Origin: a bacterium
GTDB taxonomy: Bacteria; SZUA-182; DTGQ01; JAFGSM01
Length of the DNA: 15,288 bases
Reading direction: 5' to 3'
NCBI GenBank assembly: GCA_049472355.1
Contig: JBLIRP010000089.1
Coordinates: forward strand, 1-15,288
The notes under the pieces: generated by a model
The model's database searches: none
Seen by the model: the letters and a program-made list of their open reading frames with translations, nothing else
Told to the model about the DNA's origin: nothing
Translations under genes and position numbers: made by a program
Shown here: positions 1 through 7,537 of the stretch, in pieces
Position numbering within the stretch: position 1 is the first letter of the stretch
Layout of the letters: each line of letters opens with the position of its first letter

Positions 1-264
1 GATGGCGTTCACCATGTCCTGGAAGTCCAGGTCATAGGTGAGCCCGAGAAAATAGAGCACATCGGGAAGATCGGGATAGATCCTGAGGGCCTGTTCGTAG
101 AAGGAGACCGCCTCCTCCATGGCCCCCCGCATGATCGCCCGGTCACCCTCCTCCTTCAGCCTGAGGGCCTCCTCGGGGATCATCTGGGCCGGGGCAGGGG
201 AGGGAACCACCAGGAAGAGACAGGGCAGGATAAGGAGACAGGCTACCCACATCCGGATATGCAC
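1..264 (-). CDS. TPR-repeat protein with N-terminal signal peptide, partial (runs off the left edge)
   Basis: Not in the ORF track. Manual translation from GTG at 264 (alternative ATG at 252): MHIRMWVACLLILPCLFLVVPSPAPAQMIPEEALRLKEEGDRAIMRGAMEEAVSFYEQALRIYPDLPDVLYFLGLTY... This gives a hydrophobic leader ending in APA, then a TPR-like pattern (A..FYEQALRIYP). A GGAGG lies upstream, inside the end of rpe. Confidence 0.8.
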   Translation of the reverse strand, partial: MHIRMWVACLLILPCLFLVVPSPAPAQMIPEEALRLKEEGDRAIMRGAMEEAVSFYEQALRIYPDLPDVLYFLGLTYDLDFQDMVNAI

Positions 265-270
265 GGCGGA

Positions 271-960
271 CTATCCCCTCCCCTTCAGCGCACGCAGACG
301 GTCCTGCACCTCTTTGACCCGATCGGCAGGGGAGGGGTCTCCGAAGATCGCCGAGCCCATCACCAGCATATCCGCACCCGCCTGGGCCACCTCCAGGCAG
401 TTTCCCTTCTTGATCCCCCCGTCCACCGCCAGCAGGGCATTCGACCCCTTCCGGTCCATCATCTCCCTGGTCCGCCGGATCTTGTCGAGGCAGAAGGGGA
501 TGAAGGACTGCCCCCCGAACCCGGGGTTCACCGACATGATCAGTATCAGGTCCACATCCTCGATCAGCCACTCGATGGTGTAGAGCGGGGTGGCCGGGTT
601 GATGGCGACCCCTGCCTTCATGTCGAGGGCCTTGATCTGCTGGATCGTTCTGTGGTGATGGCCCTCCGTCTCCACGTGGATGGTCAGCCAGTGGGCGCCG
701 GCCTCCCTGAAGGGGAGGACGAGCGATTCGGGGTTGCGGACCATCAGGTGCACGTCCTGGGGAAGGTCGGTTATCCGGGTCAGGCACTGGACCACCAGCG
801 GGCCTATGGTCAGATTGGGCACGAAATGGCCGTCCATGACATCGATGTGGAGCGCATCCACCCCTGCCGCCTCCACCGTTTTCACCTGCTCTTTCAAACA
901 GGCGAAGTCAGCGGAGAGGATGGAGGGGGCAATGAGGGGTCGCGAACCGTCTCTGCTCAA
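271..960 (-). CDS. rpe: Ribulose-phosphate 3-epimerase
   Basis: Motifs IAPSILSADF, HIDVMDGHFVPNLTIG, MSVNPGFGGQSF and VDGGI. The TTG start overlaps the upstream stop (TTGA). Confidence 0.97.
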   Translation of the reverse strand: MSRDGSRPLIAPSILSADFACLKEQVKTVEAAGVDALHIDVMDGHFVPNLTIGPLVVQCLTRITDLPQDVHLMVRNPESLVLPFREAGAHWLTIHVETEGHHHRTIQQIKALDMKAGVAINPATPLYTIEWLIEDVDLILIMSVNPGFGGQSFIPFCLDKIRRTREMMDRKGSNALLAVDGGIKKGNCLEVAQAGADMLVMGSAIFGDPSPADRVKEVQDRLRALKGRG

Positions 961-1922
961 AACCGTCTCTCCTCCACCAGCTCATCCTCAAGGTAGATGA
1001 GGGCCTTGGTGTTCCTGGTCGTCCGGATGAGAAGCTCTATCTCGTCCCCGGGAGGCCGCACCTGGCGGAAGATCTCCCGGGACTCTCCCCCCGACTGGAG
1101 CAGGATCTTTACCTCCTTCTCCTCGAGGCCGTGGGGGACCCGGTAGGTGAGGGTGGTATAGATGCCCGCCTCTTCCTGGTCGAGCTGTTCCGCCTTGCTC
1201 ACCTCGATGTCGACCTTTTCATTGGACAGGACCATGAATCCGAACGAGGGGACCTGGGTCATGACCGTGTTGGGGGGCAGGCTGCTGTTGTGTTTGTACG
1301 TGATCTGGCCCGGGCTCAGCCCCGCCCGCCTCAGTATCCTGAGGGAATTGTCGATGGTGAGCCCCACCAGGTTCGCCATGAACAATCCCTGGGGTCGTCT
1401 CCCCTCGCTTAACAGCAGGTCCACGGCATCGCCGCGGGGAACCATGCTGTTGCCGGGGGGATTTTGTGCGACCACCTTGTTCTTTCCTATCTCCGCATGA
1501 TGGATGTGCGAGAGGCTCCCGATCACCAGCCCTGCCTCCTGTATGATGCCCTGGGCCCTGAGCCATGGCTCGTCCACCACGTTGGGCACATCCACCTTCT
1601 CCGAGCCCCTGCTCAGCAGCACCTTCACGGCGCGGTCCCTTCGCATGAGGGACTGCGATTTGGGGTCCTGAGAAATGATGTGGTTCTCCGGGATTGCGTC
1701 GTTGCATTCCTGGTCCACGATTTTGAGCCTGAGACCGATCTTGTTGAGCTGTTCCAGGGCATCGACGGTATCCTTTCCCACCACGGACGGGACCTTCACC
1801 AGGTCCGCCCTGCTCACCAGCTTCATGGTAATCAGGGCGCTCAGGAGGCTCAGGCAGAGGAGGAAGACCACGATGAGGGAGAACTTGAGCACATTCAGCA
1901 TCAGGCGCCGTGCATCGGGCAT
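957..1922 (-). CDS. Membrane-anchored PASTA-domain protein (about 3 PASTA repeats, no kinase domain)
   Basis: N-terminal TM helix, then repeats VPSVVG...IISQDP, VPNVVD...VVAQNP and MANLVG...VMTQVP. ATG at 1922 is preferred over 1982 because AAGGGGGG lies just upstream. Confidence 0.88.
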   Translation of the reverse strand: MPDARRLMLNVLKFSLIVVFLLCLSLLSALITMKLVSRADLVKVPSVVGKDTVDALEQLNKIGLRLKIVDQECNDAIPENHIISQDPKSQSLMRRDRAVKVLLSRGSEKVDVPNVVDEPWLRAQGIIQEAGLVIGSLSHIHHAEIGKNKVVAQNPPGNSMVPRGDAVDLLLSEGRRPQGLFMANLVGLTIDNSLRILRRAGLSPGQITYKHNSSLPPNTVMTQVPSFGFMVLSNEKVDIEVSKAEQLDQEEAGIYTTLTYRVPHGLEEKEVKILLQSGGESREIFRQVRPPGDEIELLIRTTRNTKALIYLEDELVEERRF

Positions 1923-1987
1923 CTCGTCGTCACCCCCCTTCCTTGGGTATTTGTACGTGTGATTGCCGGTCCATCCTATCACATGTA

Positions 1988-2003
1988 TGCAAAAAGGGTT
2001 CCA
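1988..2003 (-). promoter_or_regulatory. Putative sigma-54 (-24/-12) promoter for the PASTA-rpe-TPR genes
   Basis: Minus strand reads TGGAAC-CCTTT-TTGCA versus consensus TGGCAC-N5-TTGCW: exact spacing, one mismatch, in an intergenic gap. Confidence 0.5.
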
Positions 2004-2083
2004 CGAATATCAGGGTGCCTTTCACTGGGTCCTCCAACATCTTATGAATATAATCATCTTCCGTTCACCTACCTTCACACCTT

Positions 2084-3436
2084 TTATTTTCTCACAGAAA
2101 AGGCAAAAAATCCATCTGCCCCCGGGCTGGTGGGGAGCGATCGAAGGGCGCCGTCCTTACCCACCATCGCCTGCCACGCTGCAGGGACCCGTTCGCTGAG
2201 GTTTTCAATCATCCATTCCCGATGGTGTTCGAGAAACGCCCTCAGTATCTCATCGGTCTCTTCAGGCTCCAGGGAGCAGGTGCAGTATACGAGGCGGCCC
2301 CCCTTGCGCACCGCCCGGGCCGCCTGGAACAGGATCGCCTGCTGGAGCCGGGCCAGGATGGGAAGGTCCTCCTCCCTTCTGAGCCAGCGAATCTCCGGAT
2401 GTCGTTGGATGGTCCCCAGGGAGGAGCAGGGCGCATCAACAAGCACCCGGTCGAAGAGGGATTCCCTCCAGGGAGGTTCCCGGTCGGCGCTGCCGCATAC
2501 CGGGAAACAGATCTCCGCGCCCAGGCGCCGCGCCCTCCGGCGGAGTGCCCTGAGCTTTGCCTCGCTGCGGTCGAGGCAGAGGATCTCCCCCCGGTTGTGC
2601 ATTATATCGGCCATGTGGCAGGCCTTGCCGCCGCTTCCCGCGCAGGCGTCGAGCACCCTCTCCCCGGCCCGGACCCCCAGAAGGTGGGGCATGAGCATGG
2701 AGGACAGCCCCTGCAGGTCGATCATCCCTTCCCTGTACAGAGGCACCTGGTTTATCGGCACGTGCCCGTGGGCAAAGAAACCCTCGGGGATGACCTCCGA
2801 CCGGTCCGCTCCTTCAATGCCTTGTGCAAGGATCGGGAGGGCCTGCGCCGGATCGCCCCCCTTCAGCAGGTTCCAGCGTATGGTGAGGCGGGCGGGCGTA
2901 TTGTCGGCTGCACAGATTTCCGACGCCGTTGTGGTGCCGTATCGCTTCAACCAGCGTCGTACAAGCCAGCGGGGGTGGGATTGGACGATGACCAGGTAGG
3001 CTTCCGGGTCCTCCTCGATCGAGGGAAGTGCCCCCTCCCCGTGTGTTGCCAGGGCGCGGAGCACCGCGTTCACCAGTGAGGCGGTCCCTTTGTGGCCGTA
3101 GCGGCGGGCCAGGCGGACGGATTCATCAACCGCAACGGAGGCCCTGAGAGCGGGCATATCCAGGAGCTGGTATGCCCCCAGCCTCAGGCAGTTTCTGATC
3201 CATGGGGTGAGCCCGGCCAAAGGATATCTGGAATGGCCGGCAATGGCGTGGTCGAGCCGGTTTTGCTGCCTCAGCACACCGTACACCAGGAGGTGGCATA
3301 ATCTGCGATCCTCCGGGGCAAGGGGTGTACGCGCGAATGCACGCTCCAGGAGGTGATTGGCGAACTCCCCTTCCACCTCCACCCGGCGTAGCACCCTGAT
3401 GGCGACATCGCGGCTGGTCGAGGCGGGTCGTGTCAA
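2084..3436 (-). CDS. rsmB: 16S rRNA (cytosine967-C5)-methyltransferase RsmB/Sun
   Basis: N-terminal NusB-like domain (LVYGVLR, LRLGAYQL, VNAVLR), SHPRWLV, SAM-binding VLDACAGSGGK, VLVDAPCS, LVYCTCS and C-terminal DGFF. Confidence 0.95.
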   Translation of the reverse strand: MTRPASTSRDVAIRVLRRVEVEGEFANHLLERAFARTPLAPEDRRLCHLLVYGVLRQQNRLDHAIAGHSRYPLAGLTPWIRNCLRLGAYQLLDMPALRASVAVDESVRLARRYGHKGTASLVNAVLRALATHGEGALPSIEEDPEAYLVIVQSHPRWLVRRWLKRYGTTTASEICAADNTPARLTIRWNLLKGGDPAQALPILAQGIEGADRSEVIPEGFFAHGHVPINQVPLYREGMIDLQGLSSMLMPHLLGVRAGERVLDACAGSGGKACHMADIMHNRGEILCLDRSEAKLRALRRRARRLGAEICFPVCGSADREPPWRESLFDRVLVDAPCSSLGTIQRHPEIRWLRREEDLPILARLQQAILFQAARAVRKGGRLVYCTCSLEPEETDEILRAFLEHHREWMIENLSERVPAAWQAMVGKDGALRSLPTSPGADGFFAFSVRK

Positions 3437-3540
3437 TGCCCGGAGAGCGCCTCCGCCAGGGCGGAGCCGAATTCCTTGGCAGCCTCGGGGCCGGACGCGG
3501 TGACCAGCAGGCCGTCCCGCTCGACCTTTTTCTTCGTCAT
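3433..3540 (-). pseudogene. 35-aa mini-ORF resembling the C-terminus of a DJ-1/PfpI family protein (internally deleted remnant or small protein)
   Basis: AAGGAGG at 3549-3555, ATG at 3540, translation MTKKKVERDGLLVTASGPEAAKEFGSALAEALSGH*. The stop overlaps the rsmB TTG start. The pattern V.RDG.l.TA.GP.AA.EF...l...L is recalled from DJ-1/PfpI C-termini. Confidence 0.7.
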
Positions 3541-3563
3541 ATCATTCCCCTCCTTGCCCCACC

Positions 3564-3830
3564 CTAATCATCCCCTTCCGGAAGGTCCGACAGGATTCTG
3601 TAGAGTGTGGCGGCCTCCGATGCCCGCACATTTCCGCTGGGAATGGCAAGGACCTCCACCTCCTTTCGGTGCGCCCCCAGGTGGAGGACGATCCGGTCTC
3701 CCTCCTTGAGGTCCCTCCCGGGCTTTCCCTTTGCCCCGTTCACCTCCACCCAGCCCCGCTCGCAGAAATCATGGGCCAGGCTCCTTCGTTTCACCAGCCT
3801 GCTGATCTTGAGAAAGAGATCGAGTCTCAC
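3564..3830 (-). CDS. RNA-binding S4-domain protein (YabO/RqcP/Hsp15-like)
   Basis: (M)RLDLFLKISRLVKRRSLAHDFCERGWVEVNGAKGKPGRDLKEGD is an S4 signature. GTG at 3830 is preferred, giving 88 aa and no overlap with the upstream gene. Confidence 0.9.
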   Translation of the reverse strand: MRLDLFLKISRLVKRRSLAHDFCERGWVEVNGAKGKPGRDLKEGDRIVLHLGAHRKEVEVLAIPSGNVRASEAATLYRILSDLPEGDD

Positions 3831-3837
3831 CGTGCCT

Positions 3838-4833
3838 CTACCATGTGAGGGCCTTTTCATTGATCTCTATGGCGGCCTTTTTTCTCAGCCGCTCAATCCA
3901 CGAATCAAAAAGCTCCGTCCTCTTGCGCTCGGTCAGGGTCTTCTTGATCTCTTCCCACAATGGGGAACCTCTCTCCAACTCCTTTTCCGCACGCGCGATC
4001 AGCAGGAGGAGATGGTATCCGCGATCGGTTTTAACGGGGCCGGCGACGCCTCCCGGACGAATCCCAAAGATCGCCTCGGCGAATTCGGGCCTGAGGCCGT
4101 CCAGGGAGAACCATCCCAGATATCCGCCGTCGGCTGCGGATGCGTCCTGTGAATACCTGGTGGCGAGTTCGGCAAAGGGGGTGCCTTTCTCCCACTCCCG
4201 TTTTATTTCCTCGATGCGCTCGCGCGCATCCCGCTCCGCCCCCGGATTGTCTCCCTCGCCGGGTGGCAGCAGGAGGATATGGGAGATCTCCACCCTGGTC
4301 CCCTCCTTCGCTCCCGTCCATTCCGTATCGTAGTACGCCCGGATCTCCTGGTCCGTGACCTGTATAACCTGATTGAGGAATCTCTGCTGGAGGCGGAGGA
4401 AGGCGATCTCCTCGGACAGGTTCTTCTTCAGGTCGTCCCTGGTCAGCCCATCCTTGGCAAGCGCCTCATCCAGCGCCTCGTCCGAGGTCAATCCATTGTC
4501 CGCCTTTATCTTCTCGATGTGCCGTTCGATCTCGGCGTCATCAGGGGTAATCGCCATGCGCTTGGCCTCCTCGATCATCAACTGCTCATCGATGAGGTCC
4601 TGGATGATCTTCTCCCGCATGTCGTGACGCTCTTCGGCAGGGAGGTCATCCATGGATCGGCGGAGACCCCGTTCCCTCATGACGAGGTCGCTCCACGTGA
4701 TTACCGTGCCGTTCACCACCGCCAGGATGCCGTCGAGCAGCACCGGCTCGGCACGGGCGTTCACCCTGCATGCCATAATACAGGCAGCAGCCAGTGCAAA
4801 GGGAATCAGGTTATTCATCCATCGCTTCTTCAT
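3838..4833 (-). CDS. SurA-like periplasmic chaperone / parvulin peptidyl-prolyl isomerase
   Basis: Signal peptide (ARA), SurA N-domain (DGILAVVNGTVITWSDL, LIDEQL) and one rotamase domain (ISHILL, FAELATRYSQD, GGYLGWF, PVKTDRGYHL). Confidence 0.9.
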   Translation of the reverse strand: MKKRWMNNLIPFALAAACIMACRVNARAEPVLLDGILAVVNGTVITWSDLVMRERGLRRSMDDLPAEERHDMREKIIQDLIDEQLMIEEAKRMAITPDDAEIERHIEKIKADNGLTSDEALDEALAKDGLTRDDLKKNLSEEIAFLRLQQRFLNQVIQVTDQEIRAYYDTEWTGAKEGTRVEISHILLLPPGEGDNPGAERDARERIEEIKREWEKGTPFAELATRYSQDASAADGGYLGWFSLDGLRPEFAEAIFGIRPGGVAGPVKTDRGYHLLLLIARAEKELERGSPLWEEIKKTLTERKRTELFDSWIERLRKKAAIEINEKALTW

Positions 4834-4842
4834 GGCGCAGTC

Positions 4843-5811
4843 TCAGTAACCCTCGGTCAATGCCTTCAAATTCAGTTTGATGCGGGCACGCGACCGCAGG
4901 TCGCGCAGCCAGTCGTGAAATGCCTGGTCCCTTTTCCGGGCCAGGAGGATCTGCTCGATCTTGGGCATGGCCTCCTCCCATGTGGCCTCTTTGGGCTGGC
5001 GGACCTCCATGAGCTGGAATATATGGTAGCCGTAGTCGCTTTGCACCACATCGCTGATTTCACCCTCCTTGAGACTGAGGACCACCTCGTCGAACTCGGG
5101 GGGCATCTGCCCGAGCCCGAAGAAGCCCAGGTCTCCGCCGTCTTCGTGATCGGGGCTAAGGGAGCATTCCCGGGCGAGTGCGGCGAAATCTCGCCCGCCC
5201 TGGAGCATCTTCAGGATTTCCCTCGCCTCCATCTCGGATTCCACCACAATCTGCCGGGCCCGGTACTCCCGGTCCCGGTCGAACTCCTGCTTGTGGGTGA
5301 GAAAGAATGACCGCATCTCCTCCTCGCTGACCTTCAGGGAGGGCTCGATTTCCTGTTGAACCAGCTTCCTGACCAGGAGCCCGTCCAGGAAAAAGGAGCG
5401 CCAGCCTTCAAAGGCCGGATCGGTGAGGTAGCTTTCCGTGGGGAATTTCCCTTCGGGATACCCCCTGCTCATGTCCCTCAGTGATACGCCCAGGTCCTCC
5501 GGACCGGCGGTGATCCCCCGTTCCTTGGCTGCCTGCACCAGGAGCTCCTTGTCGATCATGAGCAGGAGCAATTCCTTTCTCAGGGATTTTATCTGGTCCT
5601 CGGATTCTATGTACGGCTCTTCCGCATCCAGGTTGAACCGTTGAATCTCCTGGTTGAAGTCCTCCAGGGTGATCTTCTTCCCGTTCACCTGGGCGCAGAC
5701 AATGGAGGATGCCTTGTCCCTCTCCCCCATTGAGGAACACCCCAGCACACCCCCTACGGCAAGCGCAAGGGTGCACACCGCAAGCATTCTCATACCATAT
5801 CCCTTATTCAT
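4843..5811 (-). CDS. PrsA/PpiC-type peptidyl-prolyl isomerase, probable lipoprotein
   Basis: Lipobox-like VLGC, AQVNGKKIT, and rotamase motifs ARQIVV, FAALARECS, GGDLGFF and SDVVQSDYGYHIF. The start could be any of three close Met codons. Confidence 0.9.
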   Translation of the reverse strand: MNKGYGMRMLAVCTLALAVGGVLGCSSMGERDKASSIVCAQVNGKKITLEDFNQEIQRFNLDAEEPYIESEDQIKSLRKELLLLMIDKELLVQAAKERGITAGPEDLGVSLRDMSRGYPEGKFPTESYLTDPAFEGWRSFFLDGLLVRKLVQQEIEPSLKVSEEEMRSFFLTHKQEFDRDREYRARQIVVESEMEAREILKMLQGGRDFAALARECSLSPDHEDGGDLGFFGLGQMPPEFDEVVLSLKEGEISDVVQSDYGYHIFQLMEVRQPKEATWEEAMPKIEQILLARKRDQAFHDWLRDLRSRARIKLNLKALTEGY

Positions 5812-5917
5812 GCCCTCTCCCTGGAACCGTGTTGTTCCGTGTTGGCCTGAAAACAGAATTCACCTCCGCCTCCACGCTGCCTCCGGCATCATGGCAATCT
5901 TTCCTTTATCAGGATAT

Positions 5918-5946
5918 ATCTTAAAACCTCCCGAGGGAACATGCAA
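5918..5946 (-). promoter_or_regulatory. Putative sigma-70 promoter of the PPIase operon
   Basis: Minus strand TTGCAT-N17-TAAGAT, about 105 nt upstream of the ATG at 5811. Confidence 0.5.
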
Positions 5947-6040
5947 ATCTTCACTTGAAAATCCCCTTTGGGTCATTTTCATGCTTCCTTGTGAGCCGAA
6001 GGCTCATGAATGTTTCACATGCAAATCTTCCCCTATTCTA

Positions 6041-6069
6041 TTGACAGGCGCCTCGGAACATGCTTAAAT
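6041..6069 (+). promoter_or_regulatory. Putative sigma-70 promoter of tRNA-Leu
   Basis: Perfect TTGACA at 6041, a 17-nt spacer ending in TGC, then TTAAAT (imperfect -10). Confidence 0.5.
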
Positions 6070-6096
6070 AACCGGACAAATAAAAGGAAATGGCGT

Positions 6097-6183
6097 GCCG
6101 AAGTGGCGGAATTGGTAGACGCGCTAGGTTCAGGGTCTAGTAGGCGAACGCCTGTAGGGGTTCGAGTCCCCTCTTCGGCACCA
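6097..6183 (+). tRNA. tRNA-Leu, anticodon CAG
   Basis: 87 nt. Acceptor stem GCCGAAG/CTTCGGC, D-arm GCGGAATTGGTAGACGC, anticodon arm CTAGG-TTCAGGG-TCTAG, long variable arm AGGCGAACGCCT, T-arm AGGGG-TTCGAGT-CCCCT, discriminator A and encoded CCA. Confidence 0.98.
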
Positions 6184-6190
6184 ACCGCTT

Positions 6191-6385
6191 TTCGTTTACT
6201 TAAACCAGCTCTCATTAATCCATCCCGTCTCGACCTTGTTTCGTTTACTATCACCAGTCTCCATAAGTCTTTTCTGCCCCCATCAACCTCACTTCGTTTA
6301 CCAAAAACCAGCGTCCATCAATCTTTCCTGCCCCCATCATCCACATTTCTTTTACTAAAACCGGCTCCAACGAATCCATTCCTCC
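6191..6385. repeat. Four degenerate tandem repeats of about 49-54 bp directly after the tRNA
   Basis: Units start at 6191 (TTCGTTTACTTAAACCAGC), 6240 (TTCGTTTACTATCACCAGT), 6293 (TTCGTTTACCAAAAACCAGC) and 6347 (TTCTTTTACTAAAACCGGC). Units 2 and 3 share TCTTTYCTGCCCCCATCA; units 1 and 4 share AATCCAT. Confidence 0.8.
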
Positions 6386-6407
6386 ATAGGAAAAGAGGAA
6401 AATTAAT

Positions 6408-6450
6408 GATTAGGCTGAGCCGTTTTAGGTCATCCTAATCCCCTTTTGTT
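6408..6450 (+). terminator. Imperfect hairpin followed by a T-rich run; possible terminator of the tRNA/repeat transcript
   Basis: GATTAGG...CCTAATC 7-bp arms with inner TGAGCC/GGTCA pairing, followed by CCCTTTTGTT. Confidence 0.3.
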
Positions 6451-6737
6451 CCATTGAGAAAGCTATTAGGAGTAATGATAGATTTGGCTCCTGAAACTAT
6501 GGCACAGGCTAGAATTCTATCATCAGGGTCATTCTTAACAAAGGGATCTATTTTTTTGTCAGAGTACAATGCTACTATTTCAAGTAATGCCGCAATGAGT
6601 TCTTCGCAGGATGTACTGTGGCTTTTTATAAATGTTAAAAAGAAAGGACGACTTAGAACATCTCGGAGTTCTTCAAGCAAGAGAGGTGTTGTACATAGAG
6701 TAAAATTTCGTTTTTCGATTAATTTTAATATTGTATG
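6435..6737 (-). pseudogene. PIN-domain (VapC-like) toxin fragment
   Basis: Retains LLEELRDVLSR and NDPDDRILACAIVSGAKSIIT but lacks the N-terminal VxDTNV strand and the GD..L segment present in the two intact neighbouring PIN genes. Confidence 0.8.
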
Positions 6738-6761
6738 AAAGAGCAAGTAGGGACGGTTCTT
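6735..6761. repeat. 27-bp direct repeat, copy 1
   Basis: ATGAAAGAGCAAGTAGGGACGGTTCTT; 24/27 identical to 7538-7564. Confidence 0.85.
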
Positions 6762-6798
6762 GGCTTGACATTCCATAAAAAGTACAGAAGTGATGATA

Positions 6799-7218
6799 TC
6801 AAAATTTAGGGAGTTTATCAATTATAGATAGAAATTCAGATGGATTTATAATTATTATTCCATTAATTCTCTTTAACGGGATAATATGTTTTTTATCACC
6901 TGATATTAGGAAGTTGGCATTTGCAGCAAAAGCGCATTCTAAAATACGGTTGTCAGAATTTTTTTCTTTAATTATAGACAATTGTTTTGTGGGCTCAACA
7001 AGGGTCGATATTTCTTTAATCATTTTGATTGTGTTGTTTGCCTTGCTTTCAGACCACTGAAATTGTTTTATGAGAACATTTGATACTTCTTCAAGGATAA
7101 ATGGAGAGATGAAAAGTTTGATTAGTCCCTTATTGGCAAGCTGTAATACTTCGTTCGGTTTGCCTCCAAAGTTTAAAGCAGATACAATAACATTGGTGTC
7201 GATAACGACCCTTATCAT
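6799..7218 (-). CDS. PIN-domain putative TA toxin (VapC-like ribonuclease)
   Basis: MIRVVIDTNVIVSA, ILEEVSNVL, DNRILECA, ISGDKKH and INPSEFL. Starts immediately after the antitoxin stop codon. Confidence 0.92.
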   Translation of the reverse strand: MIRVVIDTNVIVSALNFGGKPNEVLQLANKGLIKLFISPFILEEVSNVLIKQFQWSESKANNTIKMIKEISTLVEPTKQLSIIKEKNSDNRILECAFAANANFLISGDKKHIIPLKRINGIIIINPSEFLSIIDKLPKF

Positions 7219-7455
7219 TTATTGCCTTAGTTCATCAACAAGTTTTTCAATGTCTTCCTCTTTTATTTTCGTCTTCTTTGTCTTCATCTTTCCATATTCC
7301 TCGAGCTTTCTCATTTTAGTCGTCCATAAATATTGTCGCAAAGCTTCACGAACCAATTCAGATTTTGTGCGGGCCTCTTTTTGGGCAATGTCTTCGGCCT
7401 CTTTAGCCATACTCGGAGGTAAGGAAATATTCCATACTACTGTTGTTCTTGACAT
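7219..7455 (-). CDS. Ribbon-helix-helix (CopG-type) antitoxin
   Basis: 78 aa with RHH pattern NISLPPSM...RTKSELVREALRQYL; RBS AAAGGAGA; directly upstream of the PIN gene. Confidence 0.9.
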   Translation of the reverse strand: MSRTTVVWNISLPPSMAKEAEDIAQKEARTKSELVREALRQYLWTTKMRKLEEYGKMKTKKTKIKEEDIEKLVDELRQ

Positions 7456-7468
7456 AAGAGAATCTCCT

Positions 7469-7527
7469 TTACTTAGTATTACGTATTATTACTAAGTAAT
7501 TATAATGTATAAGACTAAAATAATCAA
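7469..7527 (-). promoter_or_regulatory. Sigma-70 promoter plus palindromic operator of RHH-PIN pair 1
   Basis: Minus strand TTGATT (7527-7522), 17-nt spacer, TATAAT (7504-7499). A perfect 10-bp inverted repeat TTACTTAGTA (7469-7478) / TACTAAGTAA (7490-7499) covers the predicted start site. Confidence 0.75.
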
Positions 7528-7537
7528 GTGGTGGCAA

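Noticed and set aside
1464..2999. Long antisense ORFs (511 aa here; also 4279-5310, 12580-14100, 259-996 and others)
   Set aside because: These are shadows of GC-rich genes on the opposite strand, with no recognisable motifs.
6017..6034. Sigma-54 promoter at the TTGCA-containing 14-bp repeats
   Set aside because: Neither copy has GG at the required -24 spacing.
6191..6385. CRISPR array (units contain GTTT near their start)
   Set aside because: The period of 49-54 bp is short, the repeats are very degenerate, the would-be spacers of units 2 and 3 resemble each other, and no cas genes are in the window.
6010..6438. 142-aa ORF with internal peptide repeats (and antisense ORF 6033-6254)
   Set aside because: It runs through the tRNA gene, and the peptide repeats merely reflect the DNA repeats.
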